Assembly: GCA_904063045.1 (NCBI GenBank)
Contig: CAJFCJ010000019.1
Location: 248,001 to 312,000, forward strand
Length of the DNA: 64,000 nucleotides
Origin: Dimorphilus gyrociliatus
Lineage: Eukaryota; Animalia; Annelida
Direction of reading: 5' to 3'
Under the pieces are notes generated by a model. That model ran no database searches, was not told the DNA's origin, and was given only the letters and a program-made list of their open reading frames with translations. Shown one piece after another: positions 52,482-64,000 of this stretch; position 1 is the first letter of the stretch; every line of letters starts with the position of its first letter. The position numbers were made by a program, and so were the translations under genes.

Positions 52482-52802
52482 ATGATGGATAAATCTGCTA
52501 CCACCGACTACCAAAAACGCTTCCTGGAAGCTGTTCAAAACTGTGATATGTCTTCTATGACTGAACTATTGAAAGATCGACCAGGGAAGGTTAATGTGAA
52601 CGTGTTTGATAAAAGAACCGGCCAGACACCTCTTCATCAAGGATGCTTGGAAGGAAATATAGAACTTGTTCAATTGCTCATTCGATACGGAGCAGACGTT
52701 CGACTAGCTAATAGAGATGGATGGTCACCTCTCCATTTAGCTTGTTATACCGGTAATGAAAAGGTATATAAATACATCGTGAGGATGTTGCAAGAAGGCT
52801 AA
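52482..52802 (+). CDS. NRARP: Notch-regulated ankyrin repeat protein, intronless
   Basis: QKRFLEAV...GQTPLHQ...GNIELVQLLIRYGADVRLANRDGWSPLH matches NRARP. ATG 52482 preferred over 52407 because of the TATA position. Confidence 0.88.
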   Translation: MMDKSATTDYQKRFLEAVQNCDMSSMTELLKDRPGKVNVNVFDKRTGQTPLHQGCLEGNIELVQLLIRYGADVRLANRDGWSPLHLACYTGNEKVYKYIVRMLQEG

Positions 52803-55800
52803 ATTGAAAAGAATAAATATAGAGAAAAATAGACAATTTTTGAAAGTATCGAGAAGAAAGAGACTCTCGGTGAAAGTACCTTCTACTCTAGTCATTGATC
52901 CTGCAGACGATTTCCCACACTAATAAACTGATATGAATCTTATCGGCCAACAGCAATCGGACCGATAAGCGGTGTATAGATACAGAGACAGGCGTAAAAA
53001 CTTTGCGTTGATAGTGAGTCCTTTTTCTCCTTTTACACACATTTTAAATATTTAGTATGTCAATTCAAAAAAAAATGTATGTATCAGTCGATAATGGATA
53101 ACTTATATTTGCATTCAAGTAAACGATTTATGCATATATTTATTGTTTTTATTTATGTCTTATGATTATGTATAAATATACACATAAAATGTATATATTT
53201 ATATTTGTACTTATATTTTTATTGGAATGTTAGAGCTTTTTTTATATGAAGGACAAATTTAAAAAATTTCTATTATGAAAGAAAATAAAAATGCAGATGA
53301 ATATTTAAAAAAAAAACAATATGGTCATATTTACAAGTATAATATACATGAAGTTTATACCTTATTGAAGTATTGTCGGCTATTCTTGAGAAGAAAGAAA
53401 CACATGGCCCGCCCCTGTCTATAGGCCAAAACGCCGCAGGGAAAGCGTCTCGTTTTTCTCGCATAAATATAACCGACTACAAACGATCGGCTCCTTTGAC
53501 CGAGTAATTGATAGCAGATATAGGCGCTGCTAGGTCTGTCGGACAGGTGGCTCGTACAGCTTTCGCTACAGTAGGCAACTTCAATACGCCAAAGGGCCTG
53601 GGGTCAGGTAAGCTGACCGCTGAGCAGGGTAAGAGAGTGAGAGAGAAAAGAAATTTTTTAGCGCCTCTGCACCATCGAGTTTTAAAATAGCGAGCTAATA
53701 GACCAAGCTAAGCGTACGCCCATACCCTCCCTTCCTCCCATTACCCCCTCCCTTGCTATCCAAACCAACTTCCTTTGGTGGGAACCAAGGGTGAACTCGG
53801 TGATGAGTATTCTCTCTGAATTTGTCTGTTGGAGGTCGTAACTTAATTAGCTTGTAAACAATCAAGAATACAGAGGAACTACGCTCTTTCCTAACCTAAC
53901 CTTAACCTCTAAAAGCAACCTCGTTTATTCTCCCTCCTATGGGTTTCTTTATACTGGTAAGGTGGCCGATTAGCGGAATATATTAAGGTAGGAAAAGGGG
54001 CGCGTGCGCCTTATTTGCGTGCGGCGTTTTTTTAGAAGGAGCGCGCGCAACAACACCTGGCGCAAACAAAGGACGCCACGTGCAGCTACTGACCAATGTC
54101 CAGTTGAGCGTCGCATCTGTCCGCTTTGACACGTGCATTGTCGCTTCAAGCTCTATCTTTGCAATCGCAACAAATTACGGAGAAGACGGGTCCATCCAAC
54201 AATCACCTCCTACTCTTTTGCTTTCTCATTTCTAACTTCCTCCTTCCTATATCTTATTCAGAACAAATCGTTTAAAATGTTAATAGGATATAGTGTATAC
54301 GGGTTCCGCCCCACCTCCCCCCTAGTTTCTATCTCTAATAACGGGTTTGTGGAAGGCAGGGAGCGAGAAGACCCTGATAAGGATTAGATGGCTGACATTT
54401 TTCGAGTAATAAATGTCAAAACTATTCTTCCCACGACCCATGCCTTCTACGGCGCCCCCGTAAAAATCTGTTGCCGACACGATAGTGCATTTTTTTCCAT
54501 TGCTTGCAATGGAAGGGGGGACATTTAGCGCCCCTAAACGTGTTGACATTGGACAAGGGGGGCCAAGGAGAAGAGGAGTAACACCTGTCGGTGTTACTAT
54601 CGTCTATCCGCTTTTATTCTCCTAATTAATTCCGTTTTTCCTATCTTTTACCAATTTTTCTTGATCCATCAAGTATACGCCCACAGCTACGATACACATG
54701 CCATCACCACGAAACGTCAACAACCAACTGCAACCTCTGGCACGAGCCACACTCTTATAAAAAAAGAAGGTGGTTTGAGTATATAGAATCGTGTCCTCTT
54801 TGTATCTCTCTCTGACGACAGTCATCTCTCTCACCACTCGCCAAACAAAAGATGACCGTAAATTAGAGGTCAAGTAAAGTAAAGCGGACCGCCCGCATAG
54901 CAGTGAAGCAGTGGGGGGTGAGGGGTGAATGTGTTTGTCTAATAAAGAGAAAAAAAAAGGTAAAAAAAACAAGAAAATTGCCTCCCGTTTCCTTCTTCTT
55001 TTGTTGTTCGTCCTTCCACGCTGGGCGACGGAGGTTGTAACGGGAGAGAAAAACCTTACACCAGCTGCACATTGTAAGGCGTAAGATTCTCACGGGAATT
55101 AAAGAACTATATAGTAAGACGCATAAGTCTATATAGCAGAGCCTGCCAAGCTAGAATAAATATTTCCTAAACAAATATACAGAAATCAGGATAGAAGCAA
55201 AATATAACTAATCGAATGTATCAAGAACGGCTTGGAGGCTTTTGCGGTTGAACGATTTGTTGATAGACGAGGTAAGTCAAAGCATACGGAAGGAGATCAC
55301 TAGCTGGAAAATGAATTTGTTTAGAAAAAATATGAAGTGGTTTAGGGGAATAAAAGAAGAAAGGACAACAAGTGGCGAAGCTCGAAACAAGTAAAAACAA
55401 AACTATTTGAAAACTATTTGAAATACTTCAATTTCTATTTACATTCTACGGGGCTAGATAAGACGAAGAAAAACTTGTAAAAATGTGGAACCTGATATTG
55501 GTTGTTGCTGTCGAAAATTCCCTTTCTCCCCCTCCTTTACACCCTGCGGGAGATACTATCAAATAGTCCGGACGGTATTCTAATCGCTCAAAGAAATTTG
55601 TCAACTTGTTTAATTTCCCACAAAAAAGGAAACGTATTGATTAGTTAAAGCAGATTTTTTTTTCTCACGAGACGCTCGACTTCAAACGACGGAAAGGGCG
55701 GTCACCACCTGCTCGTCGTCTAATATAACTATCGCTTTGCCTAATTGGTTGTGACGTAATCGGTCTTATCTGGTAGACGTCGTATTTTTTTAGGCTTTAA

Positions 55801-56556
55801 AATGGAAAGAAAAAAGGCGGGGGACGTCAGATGGCATTGCTCGGAATGACGTCATGGGCCAACTTGATAGGGGTGTGGGAAAAACGGCAAAGTTCAAAGT
55901 CGTTGATAAGCGTATCAATTTTGAACGGCTCGTTTGATGGAAAGCACCTGCGAATCGCTGCTAAGAATAATTGAGATAATTTAGGTTTAATTATTCCAAA
56001 CATTTATTACACTTTTCCGTCTGTTAATTATCTTAAATAATACAAATAAAAACAAGAAAAGAAAATAAATATCACGGTCCCGTAACCTATTCAACTCTAC
56101 TTAGAAATTGAACAGACGCAGTCAATAGGCCTATACATACATTTTTTTTCTCTTTTACACATTAAGTTCGGTTATCGTGTCAATATATGTAAAGATAAGC
56201 GGCTTTTATTCCGTCTGAAAGCTAGGTTGTGCAGCAGTCATTCATCGCTTGAATGGGCAATTGATATGTCAGTTGTAGCGAACGTGAAACATAATACGCG
56301 TTTCTTTGTAAAAATCTCAAAGCCTTGCTATAGCCAGCAACAGATGGACGCCAGAATGGACGCACCATCTGCATGTCAGCCCAAACTCGAGTTTTTATTT
56401 TTCTAATGCCAACAAATGTGATTTTCAAATAGTGTTACCTGATAATAAAAATATCTAAAGATATCAGTTACATACAATTTTTATATATATTATTAATTTA
56501 TACAACGTATATATCGATCAAAAGTTGATAAAGCTGAACGGTGATTTAGTAAACAA

Positions 56557-57822
56557 ATGGCTGAATATGGGAGACAACTTTCATCGGATTCCGACACTGT
56601 ATTCCCTTTGATAAAGGATGGGCAATACACTTATACAGTCAGTTCTTATCATACTCCTTCGGAGGCGTCAAAATTTTGTGATTGCGCCAACGAGAGGTCG
56701 CAAATACGGCTTCCGGCCGTTCAGGAGGCTTCTACTAACAACCACAAGGAAATGGAAAACTCTTACATCCTTCTAGTAGATAAGTCCGGCGACGGTCTGG
56801 CGCATTGGTTAAAAGTTTTACAAGTCGGTCATGGCGACAGTGAGGTTATAGTTGATGATTATGTTCACATAGAAAAGTGGAAGACTATACAAGATAGAAA
56901 GGATTTTGAGGTCTGCTCGCTAGATGATAAATTATATATTATAGGGGGTTTGAACATTAGCGACCCGGATCAGGTTCGCACATTGGCAGATGTTGATATT
57001 TATGATCCAGTTAAGAACGATTGGAACCAGTGTTCCCCTCTGCTGACTCCGAGATCCAGATTTGCGTCGACAATAGTTAGAAATCGTATCTACATAGCCG
57101 GAGGCAGAAAATCCGACGGAAGGGTGACGGCCAGCTGCGAAATTTATAACCCAATTACAGATCAGTGGACGAAAATGGGTTTATTACCCGGACCCCGAGT
57201 AGGATTGGCTATAATTGGTACTGAGAAGAACAGACGAGATTTCGTTTACGTTTCTGGCGGTGTTCATGCCAAACAAACTAAAAACAACTTTTGGTGTTAC
57301 GAGAGCCTTAAGTGGTCAGAATTGGACGACGACTACCCACACAAAATACGCAGAAGTCTCGAGAGGCATTGTATGGTTATTGTCGATGGTGTTCTTTACT
57401 TCATTGGTGGTCTTAGCCGACAATTAGAAGGGGGCGAAACTAAGCGCGTTGAAGCGAAAGTTGACGCATTTACTCACCAGGTTACGTTAGCTGACAGGAG
57501 GCGGAGGGCGGATATCATTTGTCCTTGGAATTTAACTTTACCCTCGTTAAACATTGGTAGATATTCTGCCGCTACCGTAGTACTTGGAGATAATATAATG
57601 GTATTAGGGGGGAAATCCGCCAAAGGCGATGCAGTGGTCGAAATTGAAGTGTTTAACATTCACAAGAAGATTTGGAGAACCCTCTTTAAACTACCAGAAA
57701 ATGGTGAATACAGTAACGTAGGAGCCGTTTTATTAAAGGCTACACCAAACTTCGAATTTGAATCCACTCCTCCCACTCCTGACCCTCAGCAGTCAAATCC
57801 GGTTAAATGGATCATGTGGTAG
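56557..57822 (+). CDS. Kelch-repeat (beta-propeller) protein without a recognisable BTB domain
   Basis: 421-aa ORF with repeated YIxGG...VDIYDP...W motifs. May be extended by an upstream exon (~56266-56390). Confidence 0.85.
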   Translation: MAEYGRQLSSDSDTVFPLIKDGQYTYTVSSYHTPSEASKFCDCANERSQIRLPAVQEASTNNHKEMENSYILLVDKSGDGLAHWLKVLQVGHGDSEVIVDDYVHIEKWKTIQDRKDFEVCSLDDKLYIIGGLNISDPDQVRTLADVDIYDPVKNDWNQCSPLLTPRSRFASTIVRNRIYIAGGRKSDGRVTASCEIYNPITDQWTKMGLLPGPRVGLAIIGTEKNRRDFVYVSGGVHAKQTKNNFWCYESLKWSELDDDYPHKIRRSLERHCMVIVDGVLYFIGGLSRQLEGGETKRVEAKVDAFTHQVTLADRRRRADIICPWNLTLPSLNIGRYSAATVVLGDNIMVLGGKSAKGDAVVEIEVFNIHKKIWRTLFKLPENGEYSNVGAVLLKATPNFEFESTPPTPDPQQSNPVKWIMW

Positions 57823-58342
57823 ACAAAGCGGTATTAATTTTCCGCCAGTTTTATCGTATTTTTAGTCAAATAGTCAAAAATAAAGAGCAATGATAGAGAA
57901 TACGTACACTACAGATGTCGCTGTGTGTTTTAAAAAGTTTTGTGTTTTTATATCTTTCCTTATATTAATCAAGAATAAAAGATGCAACGTCAGTAAAAAA
58001 AACTTGCACTTTAAAATCAATTGTGTACATATATACATATATATATGTATATGTATATATGTGCGTGTGAGTGTATATGTCTGTATTCACAGACGGTTTT
58101 TTTTTTATTTAAGCAAGTACAGATTGTAAAAGTTATATTCATGTTTAATGTAACAAGCACATTATGAAATAACAAACCAATTATAATTAACATTTGCATA
58201 GGATTAATTTCTGCAAAGTTAAAAGAATGTTAAAAAGATAGAAAGAGAAAAAAAGTATTAGTGCATTCTAGTATTTTTTTTTTAATATCTTTTTAAAAAA
58301 TAGACAAAAATATATGAAAAGAATATAAAAAAGTAAAAATTG

Positions 58343-59815
58343 TTAGAGTAATCTCAATGAAGTTTTTGATTGATCGCTATCTGTTCCATCTAGAGGCTTT
58401 CTTTCGTATTTTCTACGATATGTTTCGTCGATATTGGTAAGATACCAAGTTCCGGGGAAAAATGCTGCTACATCAGCCACGGGGCTATGTGGAGCTGACA
58501 GATAAAAAAAAAATGAGAAAGGAGTAATAAGCTGATTAAAAAATATTTAATAATCACCTGTATGGCAAGTAATCTCCCTCAATGCCATAATCTCGTCAAA
58601 GACAGCTGGATCGATTTTTGTCCGACTGTCTAATCGGCTGACAACGTCCGAAATACCCGTGTACAATCGTTTCAATTGGTTCATTTTATCACCAACTCTG
58701 ATGCTAAACATTGTCGAAGAAAGTCCTGAACCGTAAGAGAAAAGAACAATTCTCTTTCCAATTAACTTTTCAGCGCTATGGGATATTAGAAAAGAAATAA
58801 GGGCACCATATAAGGATGCAGTGTACATGTTCCCTATTCTGGTGGAAAGATTTAAAGACGGTTTTGTCTTTTCTTCAAACATTTTTAGACTTGCTTTCAT
58901 GGCTGCTTTTTCAATTTCTTTATTAAAGAATGTTTCACTCAATTCTACATCTTTATGACTCTCTAAACTTGGCCAATTATTATGTTGCCCGTCTACAACA
59001 TCATTCATAACAAGACGGGCAAACGATTTTTGCACAAGTTTACAATACGGGGTATGAAACAAAAAGGCGTCAGCTTGAAAAACAGTAAAAGATTTGGAAT
59101 GTTTTGCGTAATATTTCTTTTTATACAACTTGTAACATTTGTCAAGTGCAACCAAATAGCATGCAGCAGATAGTTTACCGTCAACCAAAGGATATTCAGA
59201 AGTCATATTAGGTTTATAGAAGTCATATGCATGCTGCATATGAGTACTTCGAGTTCCTCTTTCAAGGATCAAAGGGGCATTAGGGCCGAGAAGAAATGCA
59301 ACAGCACCCGCTCCGCCGGTGCAACGAGCATTTCCTCTGGGATAGACGGCAATATCAGAAGCAACCATTAGCGCATATCTGCCATCCCAGGCGCTTGACT
59401 CGAGCCAATTCGCGCAATTAAATAAAGCAGCTGTTCCTCCATAGCAAGCATTCGTGGAATCGACACCCTCAACATCTGAATTTCCCGACCGTTCGAATAA
59501 TTGCATTAGGACAGTCTTAACCGATTTCGATTTATCTACCAATGTCTCGGTTCCGACTTCCAGCCTTCCTATATCCGTATAAGAAATCCTATGCTTTTCC
59601 ATTAACCTTTCAACTACTGTAAGACAAAGTGAGTGGACATCTTCTCTATCAGTGCAAAATGCCATGGTAGTTTGTCCCAAACCAATCGTATACTTTCCAG
59701 TCGAGGCTCCATCAAATTCTTCTAGTTCCGCTTGATCGACATAATGACATGGAAAGTAAATTTCGACAGCCAGAATACCAACGTCAACAGGCCAATTAGA
59801 CATTTTTTCTTTCAT
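58343..59815 (-). CDS. HMGCS1: Hydroxymethylglutaryl-CoA synthase (cytosolic type)
   Basis: [18 protein letters not shown], catalytic NACYGG, FHTPY, GNMYTAS, FSYGSG. Large exon 59815-58554 plus terminal exon ending ...FPGTWYL...RLL* at 58343. Confidence 0.95.
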
Positions 59816-60719
59816 CTTTCATCAAATACGTTTCATTCTAACGTGATGCGTCAATTAATCTAGGGTAGAATAAAATTTACTTTTGTTAACTCACAATCAC
59901 GCCGTTCAAAACAATTGTGCAATAGGATTTTATGATTAATGCTTGTTTACGTTCAACAAAGGATATAACTAAACCAATCAAAGTAGAGCAGTATATGTCA
60001 GTACCCTTCTAATCCCGGGTGCAACGCACTTGAACATTGAACTACGTAACGAGCTAATTTTAGGCATACCAATGGGATAAGTACTCCGCTTCTAATATTT
60101 CTTTATGCCAATGTAAAAGGATTCAGGTGTTTATAGGCCTACTCCACTTTTTTAATAGAACATCTCTCTCAAGAGATCTAAAGTGGCCCTACAATACGTA
60201 TAAATTTATGAATATTTACTTCAAATAAATAAATGTTTTGTAAATACTAATTGTAAAAGACAATAAAATATATTAGATGTTGACCTTCAAGGTAATAATG
60301 ACCTTTCCGTTCTGAATAAATTAGGAACATTTCCTAAAACAATTGTCTAACAGAATAACCCTATATACGAATGAATTTTTAAAGAGAACCCTGTTAAACT
60401 TTGGCAAATATTAAGTTTTCCTTTTTCGCTAATTCTTCCTTATTTTTTTATATCAGTAACTTTTCAATGGCTTCTTGTCACGAATTTTTATGGCTTAAAA
60501 CCATTCGATTCAAAAATAAAACATTAGGGAACCTTAGAACGTCTTCTTGAGACGGAAGGGCTACTTCCCGTCTATTCTTACACTAAGTTTGTATCTTTGG
60601 ATGTGAGAACCACACTTGACGCTATTAAAAACGCTTCTCGACTAGATGTCATTCTAATCTGTCGAATCTACTTAGTACTACTAAGTGCTGCGCAATTTCC
60701 TTCGTATTTCACGTCATTC

Positions 60720-62232
60720 ATGGGTTGCCAGCAAACGAAAGTTTCAGACGCGGCTAAAAACAAACAGTCTGAACAGTCGCAAGCTTCACCGGTTGACCCG
60801 CGTTTACCCTTGACCGCCAGACAAGCGTTTAAGTTAAAGTCATCATGGAAAGGAATAAAGAGGAATATGGAGGCTACCGGTGTTGAAATGTTTGTCAGGT
60901 AAAAAAATCTACTAATAAAACGTTTGTAAATAAAATTTTCTGCCTGTTTAAACGAAACAATCTGGTAGGCATATTTAGATATGGAAGAGAACGCCCTTGA
61001 GGAGAAGATAGATATATAAAAAACGATTAAAACTTTAGAAGTCTGTAGAATAAGTCATTAAAAGTCAATGAAAGAGATTGAGAACTAATAGAAAAAGAAG
61101 GGCGAGTGATGCGTGTGTCTTTTGTATAGCTTCTGACCGCCAAACTTTCTTTCATTTCCCTTGTACTTTTCCAAAGGTTTCTACGTCTAGAAATAATTAT
61201 CTTCTTTCAGGCTCTTCCAACAAAATGGCCATTTGAAGACGCTGTTCAAAGACATACGAGATCTGCAAACGGCGGATGAGTTGAGAGCCCACGAAGCAGT
61301 TGAACATCATGGTAGTTTGGTTATGAGCGTGCTTGATGAGGCAATAAGTAATATAGACGACGTCGATCACGTGATAGAGGTCTGTCAACGAACTGGTAAA
61401 TCACACTCGAAATTTACTGGTTTTTCTCCTGAACTATTTTGGGTAAGTGCAAAAAATACAATAAGGCTTATTATTGCTTATCTAAGACTAACAAGACTTT
61501 ACGTATCGTCTAATTTGCAAACTGAAAATTTTGCTCATAAAAAACAATCTGAGAAAATTTTAAATCAAAATGATAGTGTAGGTATGAAAGTCTTATGATT
61601 CATAAACCAATATATATGTGTATGTATGTCAGTAAATTCCTTGAAACTTATGTATTGCATGCAAAATTTATCATTTCTCCCACCCCCCCCCCTTATAGAC
61701 AGTATATACAGTATATGTATAAATGTATTTTTTCTTCCATCATTTATTTTACTTTCTTCTAAGTAGTAACATTACCGTAATCCTGCACTTATTAATAATA
61801 AATAACATAATGTTATGCTGCTAATTATTGTTGTTTTTTGCACTATTTTTAAAGTTCCTTAGTATCATACTAATATGGATAATATTTTATATAATCTCTA
61901 CAGTTGATAAATTATCCTTCGTGCAGTCACCGAAAGTTACTCTAGGCGATGACTATAAAACGCAAACCCATGGAATCTACACGATAACTATAAGCTTTAA
62001 TTTAAACAAATTAGTTGCGTCTATTGGCAACTTAATGCTCATTTCAATGATGCCATTCAAAAATAGACAGATCATTTTTGTTTTTAAACAGCTAGCCGAA
62101 GAATGTTTCTTGGATGCCGTTAAAGTAATTCTGGGGGATCGTTACACAGATAACATGCAAATCATCTATCAAGTCGCAATCAAGTTTATTATCCAAAACC
62201 TCAAGAACGGTTATAAGTCAGGATCTCAATGA
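60720..62232 (+). CDS. Globin with N-terminal MGC acylation motif (globin X/neuroglobin-like), 3 exons
   Basis: Exons 60720-60898, 61211-61442, 62092-62232 in frame. A-helix Trp (KSSW), CD1 Phe (TLF), distal His (EHHG), proximal His (GKSH); introns at the canonical B12.2 and G7.0 positions. Confidence 0.9.
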
Positions 62233-62994
62233 GTTCTTCCATTCTCTCTAATTTTGTTTTGCACAATTCTAAGAAGGAGAGAAACATTAGATGAATATAT
62301 ATAAAGCGAGTTAATGTTGTTTTCCATAGAATCTGAACAGAATTCCCTTCAAATTGGAAATATTGCACAAACTTGTAACTTAATAATTTATTTCTTTATT
62401 TTTTAGTCAAATAAGTAATAAACGTCAAGGTGTTCTTTGAAAGGGTTTTTAACTTTCATTTACTCTAGATGACGCCACAAAAACATCAGATGGCGTTACT
62501 GTTCTTTTAATTATATAGCGTCAGACAGAGAGGATAGAATAAGCGAACAAAACAAGTCCGCAGTCGGTTTTTAACCGACCGATCTCGCTCCACAGGTAAT
62601 TTTTCAGCTTAAATTTTTTTTTCACCTTCTATCAAATTAATTAAACGGCTGCGCAACCGATAGAATAATTTAGTCGACTGATAAACCATCCGTCTAGACA
62701 CAGTCTGACTACAGAAAAGCCAAAGCGTCGGTCGATAGACGCCTAATGCGGGTCGGTCACGTGACCGTTGCTGTATCGGTATTTTTCGTTTTTTTTTTCA
62801 TCCTCTCCATCCTCCATTTCTCTTTCTGTTAACAAGAAGAGACAACCAAGGGCATCTAATAACGTTCGTACATAATCATGCTAATGCAACACAATTAGAG
62901 ACGCAAATTTTTTCTTTTTCACTCCTTATTGCTCCTTTACGTTCTATAAATAAATTGGCTTTTATTATCAAGTATGAAGAAATTATATGCAGTA

Positions 62995-63135
62995 CGTATA
63001 TATAAATTTATATATATATATATAGTATAATTTAACACGTCTAAGTGGATTAAGGATATATATATACTGTATATACTTGATATTCTAGTATTCTATGCAG
63101 TATATATATATATATATGTATATATAAATATGTAT
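62995..63135. repeat. (TA)n-rich low-complexity region
   Basis: Several TA runs. Confidence 0.75.
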
Positions 63136-63765
63136 GTATACTGCATAATATGCATAGTAAATATTATTATATACTACAATGCCTGTTTTGTTAGTCGCTA
63201 CCCTTGGAGTTAATGCTTACAAATGTTAAATCTTATGCTTATTACAACTGATTTATATAGAGTGGATAATTTTGGTTCCCTTTTCACAAGCCTCAATACT
63301 CGCAGCTTGTCATCGCTTCGTGTTTTCTGCGTTTGGCTTCGTTCGTTAATCAGATCGCGACCGATTTTTTTTTCGGCTTCCTCTAAACTTAATTATTCTT
63401 TTTCGATTAGAATGGCTCCGACTGGTCGAACAATTAGTATGTGTCTTATCTAGCTTAATTATACAACAGTACTCTACAAACAGCCGATAAGCTTTGACTC
63501 AGAGACGCGGGAAGAAAAAGAGAAAACGTACGCTTTTAACGAGCTTAAAGAGAATTAAGCGTTTATTTTTAGACGCCTCTTGTTTGTCGCCTTGTTTGTA
63601 TGACGTCAAGGTGTATGAGCGCGGTTTTCTTTTGTTCGTCCGAGATCGATTAACGTCGATTTACTGATCATATATAGTAGGTTTTTTTTTTCAGGTGTTT
63701 GTTTGTAGAGAAGAGAGCGAGCATGAGTTTTTGTATACGAGCAGATTAATGAGAAAAGAACAAGT

Positions 63766-64000
63766 ATGCAAGCGGAGAGCGGCGGTAACGCTACTCCTAC
63801 GAACATAATAACTCCAGGTAAACATTTGTAGTAGGTAGTTTAACTTCCTTTTTGATTTCTTTTTTCTTATTCCTAAGCAGAAGCAGGGGCCCATGGTTCT
63901 AGTCCAAAGAGAGGCGGAAGTGTTAGTGGGACCTCGGATTCAGGTCGAGGAACCCCAGTTCGCCACGTCCTACAGCATGGTGTCTCGTTTGTGGAGGAGG
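63766..64000 (+). CDS. 5' part of an unidentified gene (runs off window)
   Basis: Exon 63766-63817 (MQAESGGNATPTNIITP), GT-AG intron with polypyrimidine tract, next exon open to the window end (AEAGAHGSSPKRGGSVSGTSDSGRGTPVRHVLQHGVSFVEE). Confidence 0.55.

Larger units (their letters stand above)
51145..55881. promoter_or_regulatory. Cluster of CSL/Su(H) binding motifs around NRARP
   Basis: Twelve YRTGRGAA matches (either strand) at 51145, 51633, 51654, 51942, 52131, 52148, 52912, 54428, 55087, 55615, 55662, 55874. Confidence 0.75.

Noticed and set aside
59890-59985. SREBP site plus CCAAT upstream of HMGCS
   Set aside because: ATCACGCCGT mismatches the SRE consensus; too weak to support without data.

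Overview
Eukaryotic, AT-rich, very gene-dense genomic DNA with many ~50-150 nt GT-AG introns. Gene content (antistasin proteins, animal-type universal stress protein, GT92, NRARP, striated-type myosin with mutually exclusive exons) points to a compact-genome lophotrochozoan, plausibly an annelid such as Dimorphilus (inference only). In order: three tandem minus-strand antistasin/Cys-rich genes (two complete, with a TM helix and a dual-PPxY tail) interleaved with a USP gene; METTL22; muscle myosin heavy chain; GT92; PSMC2; CFAP70 head-to-head with ARMC9; PES1; a CLC transporter hosting a nested antisense ORF; SARDH; NRARP inside a dense cluster of CSL/Su(H) sites; a Kelch-only protein; HMG-CoA synthase; an N-acylated globin; and the start of an unidentified gene. 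No prokaryotic features, CRISPR array, tRNA/rRNA or recognisable transposon. Exon boundaries were derived by hand from the sequence; gene names rest on remembered family motifs, not database searches.
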